From NCBI GenBank assembly GCA_965248445.1, contig CBDFJG010000003.1:640001-704000 (forward strand): DNA of 64,000 bases, written 5' to 3'. Position numbers and translations under genes: made by a program. Shown piece by piece: positions 58,699 through 64,000 of the stretch (positions are counted from its first letter, which is position 1; the number at the start of each line of letters is the position of its first letter). Origin of the DNA: Planctomycetota bacterium. Lineage in GTDB: Bacteria > Planctomycetota > JAJSAM01 > JAJVHW01. Under the pieces are notes generated by a model that saw only the letters and a list, made by a program, of their open reading frames with translations, was not told the DNA's origin and searched no databases.

Positions 58699-59909
58699 CT
58701 AGTCGTCCTCGCCGGGGCGCCGTGGGAACGGAGGCCGCGCGCCGCCGCCGGGGAGGGGCGGACGCTTGCGCATGCGGTCCTTGAAGCGCCTCTCGAACTC
58801 CGACTGTGGCCGGCGGCCGGAGACGATGTCGGGATCGAAGGTGTCCTCGCCGCCTTCCCGCCGCCGACGGGGGTCGGTCAGGAGGAGCGCGTGGACGACG
58901 CGATCACCGTCCACCACCAGGCCCGTCATGTCGCCCTGGCTCGTCTTGACCCGGAACACCCGGCCACCGCCGGGGACCCGGGTCGAGTCGGCCTTTCCGT
59001 GCAACTCGAGTGTCAAACGACGGACGTCCGTCAGGAACCGGTCGGGGTTGCCCGACGGGGCCATGTCGGTCGTCAGGACCTCTTCGCGGGCCTCGAGGAG
59101 ACAGGCCTCGACGGCCAGGGCGCGGACCAGCTCGGGCCAGCGGGCCCGGAAGTCGCCCGCCTTGCCGAAGACCTCCACCACCAACGGTGTGCCGTCCAGG
59201 AGCGCCACGTAGCCGACCTGCTGCAGACCCGGACCGGCGCGGGGCACCCGTGAGAGCGCCTGGCGGTACTCCGTGGCCCGGTCGCGAATTGTCGCTCCAC
59301 TCGCCAGGTTCGCGGGCGCCCTGCGGGTCGTGGTCAGCCCCGCCGCATCGGCCCAGCCGTTGATCAGCGCCGTGGCTTCCCTCGCCCGGATCGAGCGGGT
59401 GAAGGCCCACCGGAGGGTCGGCGGCACGGCGGCGTGCAGGAAGGCCGGTTCTGGACCGGGCTCCCGCGGCGCACGCAACGAGACCGCCTCGACGGGCAGC
59501 TTGGCGCGCTTGCCGCCGGGGACAACCAGATGCTTGGTGACCACGAGGTCCAGTTCGTCGGCGCGGATCAGGTCCCCCGGGAGGAGCACCGTGCGCTCCG
59601 CCGCGAAGTTGTCCAGGTGGGTCGGACGCACGCGACCGCGGGCCGGGAACGCCAGCCCCACCGTGTCGGGGTTGGCCGTCGCAGCCAGCCTCGTGTCTCG
59701 GGAGCGACCGCGGTCCGCGGCGACTCGAGAAAGTGGATCGTCAGGAGCCGGAATTCGAGACCCGGGGAGGCCGTCAGGCCCGCCATGTGCCGCGTCAAGG
59801 CGTTCACCCCGTCGCGGGCGTCGGCTGGCGCCGGGGAGGCAGCCAGGACCCCCACGGTGACCGTGAGGGCCGCGAGGCCCAGGAGACGGTGCCTGCGGCG
59901 TGCCTGCAT
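58699..59909 (-). pseudogene. Secreted ARPP-1/DUF6569-like protein split by a 1-nt frameshift near 59700
   Basis: Signal peptide frame (MQARRRHRLLGLAAL...) joins the downstream frame with 'VLLPGDLI', 'VVP...LPVEAV', 'VGYVALLDG...EVFG...F.ARWPELVRALAVEA' if one base is added at GGG 59700-59702. Confidence 0.55.
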
Positions 59910-60123
59910 AGCTCCGAGTATAGGCGGCGAAGCCAACCGGACCGGTCGAAGGGGCCGGGGAAGGGGCGGGGCTCGGGCCGGGGAGGGATCGGCCGCGGCC
60001 GACGACGATCCCGGCCGGCTCCAAAGGGGAGCCCCGATTTCCCGATAGGTGAGGGGACCGTACCCACGGTCCGCCCGTCTCCCCCGTCCACAACTCCCCC
60101 GCCCGAGGAGTGCCCCCCCCACA

Positions 60124-61818
60124 GTGCGCGCGACGATCGTCCTGGCTCTTGCCGCGCTGGCCCTCCCGCTGGCGTTCGTGTCGCCGTTGATCGGCCTGTG
60201 CTGGTACTCGGTTCTCGCCTATATGCGGCCGCACGAGTGGGCGTACGGGATCGGGCACATCAGCTTCGGTCTGTACACGGCCGTGGCGCTCCTCGCCGGG
60301 ATGGCGGCGCGCGGCAAGTTCCAGTTGTTCAGGGGCAGCCCGGTCACCTACACGCTGCTGGTGCTGTGGTTCTGGTATGCGATCACCGCGCACACGGCCA
60401 TCGATCCGCTCCTGGCCAAGTCGATGGGCCTCTCGCACATCTCGAAGATTTTCCTGATCTGCCTGGTGACCACCGCGCTCTGCGAAGACCGCAAGTCCAT
60501 CAAGTGGGTGCTGCTCGCGATCGTCGGCGGCCTCTCGTTCCACGGCATCAAGATGGGCATCTACGGGATCGCGCACCCGGGCACACAGATCACCGCGCCC
60601 ATCGGCGGCATGATCTCCGGCAACAACGAGAACGCGATCGCGCTGAACATCGCGCTGCCGTTCTGCGTCTACTTCGCCCTGCAGGCGAAGACGATGTCGC
60701 GTCGCTGGGTCTGGTGGATCACGAGCGTCCTGACTCTCATCGCCGTGATCTTCTCGTACTCGCGCGGCGGGTTCCTGGGAACGGTCGCTGCGGCGTGCGT
60801 GATGCTCTGGAACACGCGCGCGCGCCTCTTGATGTTGACGGTCGTCGCGCCGCTCGTCGTCACCGCGTTCCTCACGTTCGCACCCGACTCGTACGTCGAG
60901 CGCATCGGCAACATCAACGTCGCGCGCAAGACAGATCAGTCAGCGTTGCGGCGGCTCCAGGCGTGGGGCTCTGCATGGACGATCACGAAGGCGCGCCCCA
61001 TCGTGGGCATCGGCCCGCGCAACTTCCCGGACAACTTCCGGCGCTTCCCCCACGACCACGACATGCCGCGGATGGAGATCCACAACACCTACCTCGAGAT
61101 CTCGAGCTCGACCGGCATCCCCGGACTCCTGCTCTACCTGCTGTTCATCGGCGCAGCCTGGCGCAGTTGCGCGCGTGTCCGCCGCGATGCGCTCGCGCGC
61201 GCCGACGAGCGCTTGGTGTGGTACGTGCACACGAGCCAGGCGCTGCAGGCGTCCATCACCGGATTCCTGGTGTCCAGCACCTTCGGCAGCCTCATGCACT
61301 TCGACTTGCTCTATCACATGTGTGCGATCTCGGCCTGCCTGCCGTTTGCGTACCGCAAGGAGATCGCCGTGCTCGACACGGCGGACGCATACGTCCGTCT
61401 CGAGACGTACGAGTTGCCGACCGAAGATCAGATGCCGGATGTTGAGTTCGGTCTGGTCGTCGAGGAGGTCCACGACGTTTCGGATGGGGTCTCTGTCTCG
61501 ATCGGCACCGCGGCCGGCCAAGACGCCGCCGCACGGGACGGGGTCGTCACGGCCGCAGCGGACGCCGCCAACGCGATGCGTCCGCCCGAACGGCCGTGGA
61601 ACCAGGGCGAGGGTCCGCGCAAGCGGGGACTGACTGCGCGCTGGCTGAGAGAGCGTGCGCGCGGCCAGACCGCTCCGGCGGACGATGGCATGACGCACTA
61701 CGGGGTGACGTGCCCCGGCGATTCGGACGAAGGGGAGCCCGGCGCCCCAACGGGCTCCGAAACGTACCTCGGCGCGTTCGACCTCGGCACGGCAGAGAGC
61801 CGGCCGGGCGACGAGTAG
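60124..61818 (+). CDS. O-antigen ligase/O-glycosylation ligase family membrane protein with long C-terminal tail
   Basis: Many TM helices; NNEN, SYSRGGFL, GIGPRNF and HNTYLE. Confidence 0.82.
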   Translation: MRATIVLALAALALPLAFVSPLIGLCWYSVLAYMRPHEWAYGIGHISFGLYTAVALLAGMAARGKFQLFRGSPVTYTLLVLWFWYAITAHTAIDPLLAKSMGLSHISKIFLICLVTTALCEDRKSIKWVLLAIVGGLSFHGIKMGIYGIAHPGTQITAPIGGMISGNNENAIALNIALPFCVYFALQAKTMSRRWVWWITSVLTLIAVIFSYSRGGFLGTVAAACVMLWNTRARLLMLTVVAPLVVTAFLTFAPDSYVERIGNINVARKTDQSALRRLQAWGSAWTITKARPIVGIGPRNFPDNFRRFPHDHDMPRMEIHNTYLEISSSTGIPGLLLYLLFIGAAWRSCARVRRDALARADERLVWYVHTSQALQASITGFLVSSTFGSLMHFDLLYHMCAISACLPFAYRKEIAVLDTADAYVRLETYELPTEDQMPDVEFGLVVEEVHDVSDGVSVSIGTAAGQDAAARDGVVTAAADAANAMRPPERPWNQGEGPRKRGLTARWLRERARGQTAPADDGMTHYGVTCPGDSDEGEPGAPTGSETYLGAFDLGTAESRPGDE

Positions 61819-61875
61819 CGCACGCCGTCTGCGGCCGCGCTGCTACGATCCGCGCGGCCCTGCGGAGACCCTGAC

Positions 61876-62625
61876 TTGCCGAGAGACCGTCCCTTCGAGA
61901 GCGCCGTGATCATCGGCGCCAGCAGCGGGATCGGAGCCGCGCTCGCGCGGCGTCTGGCGTCCGAGGGCACGCGCGTGGCCTTGCTGGCGCGGCGCGGGGA
62001 TCTGCTGCGAACCGTCACGGAGGAGCTCCGTGCGGGCGGCGCCGTCGCCGTGGCGCACGAGCACGACGTGCAGGCGCACGAGGAGATCCCCGGGCTTCTC
62101 GACCTCATCACGACCGAGATCGGCGAGCCGGATCTGGTCATCTACTCCGCGGGGCTGCTGCTGCCTGTGGAACCCGACGAGTTCACGGCCGCGAAGGACA
62201 CGCAGATGCTCGCAGTCAACCTGGTGGGGGCGGTGGCCTGGCTGGACCACGCGGCGGTGCGCATGGGCGCGCGCGGCGCCGGGACGATCGTCGGGATCTC
62301 CTCGATCGCCGGCGACCGGGGACGCCGCGGCATGCCTGCGTACTGCGCGTCGAAGGCCGGTCTGACGTCGTTCCTCGAGTCGTTGCGCAACCGCCTCGCA
62401 ACGCGCGGGGTCGACATCGTCACGGTCCGTCCGGGGTTCGTGGACACCGACATGACCAAGGGTATGAAGACGCACGGCATGATCTCCGCCCCGCGCGCGG
62501 CGGAGATCATCCTGCACTATGCACGCAGGGGCAGCGTCGACGTGCACGTCCCCCGCCGCTGGGGGTTCGTGTCGTTCGTCATCCGCGCGATACCGTCGTG
62601 GTTGTTCCGCCATCTCCCGATTTGA
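61876..62625 (+). CDS. SDR oxidoreductase (DprE2-like)
   Basis: GASSGIG, SSIAGDRGR, YCASKAG and PGFVDTDMT; adjacent to a DprE1-like gene. Confidence 0.8.
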   Translation: MPRDRPFESAVIIGASSGIGAALARRLASEGTRVALLARRGDLLRTVTEELRAGGAVAVAHEHDVQAHEEIPGLLDLITTEIGEPDLVIYSAGLLLPVEPDEFTAAKDTQMLAVNLVGAVAWLDHAAVRMGARGAGTIVGISSIAGDRGRRGMPAYCASKAGLTSFLESLRNRLATRGVDIVTVRPGFVDTDMTKGMKTHGMISAPRAAEIILHYARRGSVDVHVPRRWGFVSFVIRAIPSWLFRHLPI

Positions 62626-62626
62626 C

Positions 62627-64000
62627 ATGACCTCCCCCGCCGTCACGACTCCGCCAGAGTGGCACGCGCTGCAGGGCTTCGGCCGCTCGGTCGGTGCTCC
62701 CGCGAGGATGTTCCGTCCCGTGGACGCCGACGAGGTGCTCGAGGCACTGCGGCGGGCGCGGGAGGACGGCCGCCGGCTCTGTCTGCGCGCAGGTGGCCGC
62801 AGCTACGGCGACGCGGCGGTGCACGATGGTGACGTGCTCGATCTCCGCGGGCTGACGGGCATTGCGCTCGACGTCGACGCCGGCATGGCCACCGTCGGCG
62901 CCGGCGTGACGATCGGACAGCTCTGGCGCGCGTCGCTCCCCTACGGTCTCTGGCCGATGGTCGTGCCGGGCACCCAGCACGCGACCATCGGTGGCTGCCT
63001 CGCTATGCACGTCCACGGCAAGAACCAGTTCCGTGACGGAGCGATCGGCGAGCACGTGGCGTCGCTGCAGCTGGCCACGCCGGACGGCGTGCTTCGCGAC
63101 GTGGTGGCCGGGCGGGACGACGAGTTGCTGCGCGCGCTCGTTTCGGGCTTCGGGATGCTGGGTGTGATCACGAGCGCCACACTTCGCATGCGCAGGGTGG
63201 AGTCGGGCGACGTTGCCGTCGAGCGACGGAGGGTCGCGACGCTGCGGGCGGCGTTCGAAGTACTGGACGAACTCGCCGAGCGCTCCGACTACGTCGTCGG
63301 CTGGGTGGACGGATTTTCGCGTCGGGGCGCGTCGGTGTTGCACGGTGCGCGCCACCTGGCCGCCCATGAGGATCCGCATCCCGAGAAGTCTCTCCAGGCC
63401 CACGCGCAAGAGCCGCCGGGCCGTGTGCTCGGAGTTGTTCCCAACGCACATGCGTCGCTGCTAGCTCGGCCGTTCGCGCACTCTGCCGGCGTGCGGGTCG
63501 TCAACCTGGTCAGGCGCGCGCTCTCGGCGTTGCACAGCCGGGAATTGGGGCTCGAACGCATCGCCGCGTTCTCGTTCCTGCTGGATCGCGTGCCCCACTG
63601 GCGCGACTTCTACGGCGCGGGGGGGATGCTGCAGCATCAGAGCGTCGTCCCGCACGATGCGGCACCGGAGGTGCACGGGCGTCTCCTCGAGATGTGTCGT
63701 GCGGCGGATCTCGTCCCGTGGCTCGCGGTGCTGAAGAAGCACCGGAGTGACGAATTCCTGCTCACACACAGCCTCGACGGCTGGTCGCTGGCGCTGGACT
63801 TCAGGGTCACGCGTCGGAACCGCGAACGCCTGTGGGCGCTGTGCCGGGACATGGACGAGACCGTGATCTCGAATGGCGGCAGCTTCTACCCCGCCAAGGA
63901 CCAGACCGCGACGGCAGACGCGTTTCGCCGCGCGTTCCCCAGCCTGCCGGCGTTCCGAGCGTGGAAGACGCGTCTCGATCCGGACGGCGTGCTCACCAGC
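62627..64000 (+). CDS. FAD-linked oxidoreductase, DprE1-like (3'-truncated; absent from the ORF track)
   Basis: Own translation from ATG 62627: GGRSYGDAA, VVPGT, HVHGKN, GWSLALDF, FYPAKD and LDPDG. Confidence 0.82.
   Translation, partial: MTSPAVTTPPEWHALQGFGRSVGAPARMFRPVDADEVLEALRRAREDGRRLCLRAGGRSYGDAAVHDGDVLDLRGLTGIALDVDAGMATVGAGVTIGQLWRASLPYGLWPMVVPGTQHATIGGCLAMHVHGKNQFRDGAIGEHVASLQLATPDGVLRDVVAGRDDELLRALVSGFGMLGVITSATLRMRRVESGDVAVERRRVATLRAAFEVLDELAERSDYVVGWVDGFSRRGASVLHGARHLAAHEDPHPEKSLQAHAQEPPGRVLGVVPNAHASLLARPFAHSAGVRVVNLVRRALSALHSRELGLERIAAFSFLLDRVPHWRDFYGAGGMLQHQSVVPHDAAPEVHGRLLEMCRAADLVPWLAVLKKHRSDEFLLTHSLDGWSLALDFRVTRRNRERLWALCRDMDETVISNGGSFYPAKDQTATADAFRRAFPSLPAFRAWKTRLDPDGVLTS

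Noticed and set aside
32090..58757. KOPS (GGGNAGGG) polarity as support for dif
   Set aside because: Copies at 32090 and 38761 (+) and 58434 (-) point toward the site, but 58750 (+) points away. Too few and inconsistent by eye, and this lineage may use another motif.

Overview
GC-rich (about 70% by eye) bacterial chromosomal segment. It is probably from a Planctomycetota-type organism; this is an inference from the FHA/Ser-Thr kinase with a DLG motif, the prenyltransferase-repeat, HEAT and TPR proteins, the multiheme cytochrome and futalosine-pathway mqnA. Most genes are housekeeping: uvrA, purN, ileS, yggU, yggS, tilS, gap-pgk-rpe-accD, htpG, purM, a CCA-adding enzyme and mqnA. There is also an MrfAB/YprAB-like repair pair, a compact GspE/GspF/pilin cluster, and an O-antigen-ligase + DprE2/DprE1-like glycosylation locus truncated at the right edge. 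The most notable non-coding items are: (1) a 285-bp, heavily base-paired MITE-like element (30129-30413) with two oppositely oriented copies of one stem/internal-loop motif, apparently inserted into the terminal CTAG of an intact IS1380-family element; (2) a XerCD dif-like site (58229-58256) in an AT-rich island with extra half-site-like palindromes; (3) recurrent -10 boxes 6-7 nt before start codons (leaderless mRNAs); (4) an intergenic heptamer array. IleRS carries non-canonical HPGQ/KVSKS signature motifs. Two genes have single-base frameshifts at short C runs (assembly error or pseudogenes). No rRNA, tRNA or CRISPR array was seen. All calls are by motif recognition only; no searches were run.
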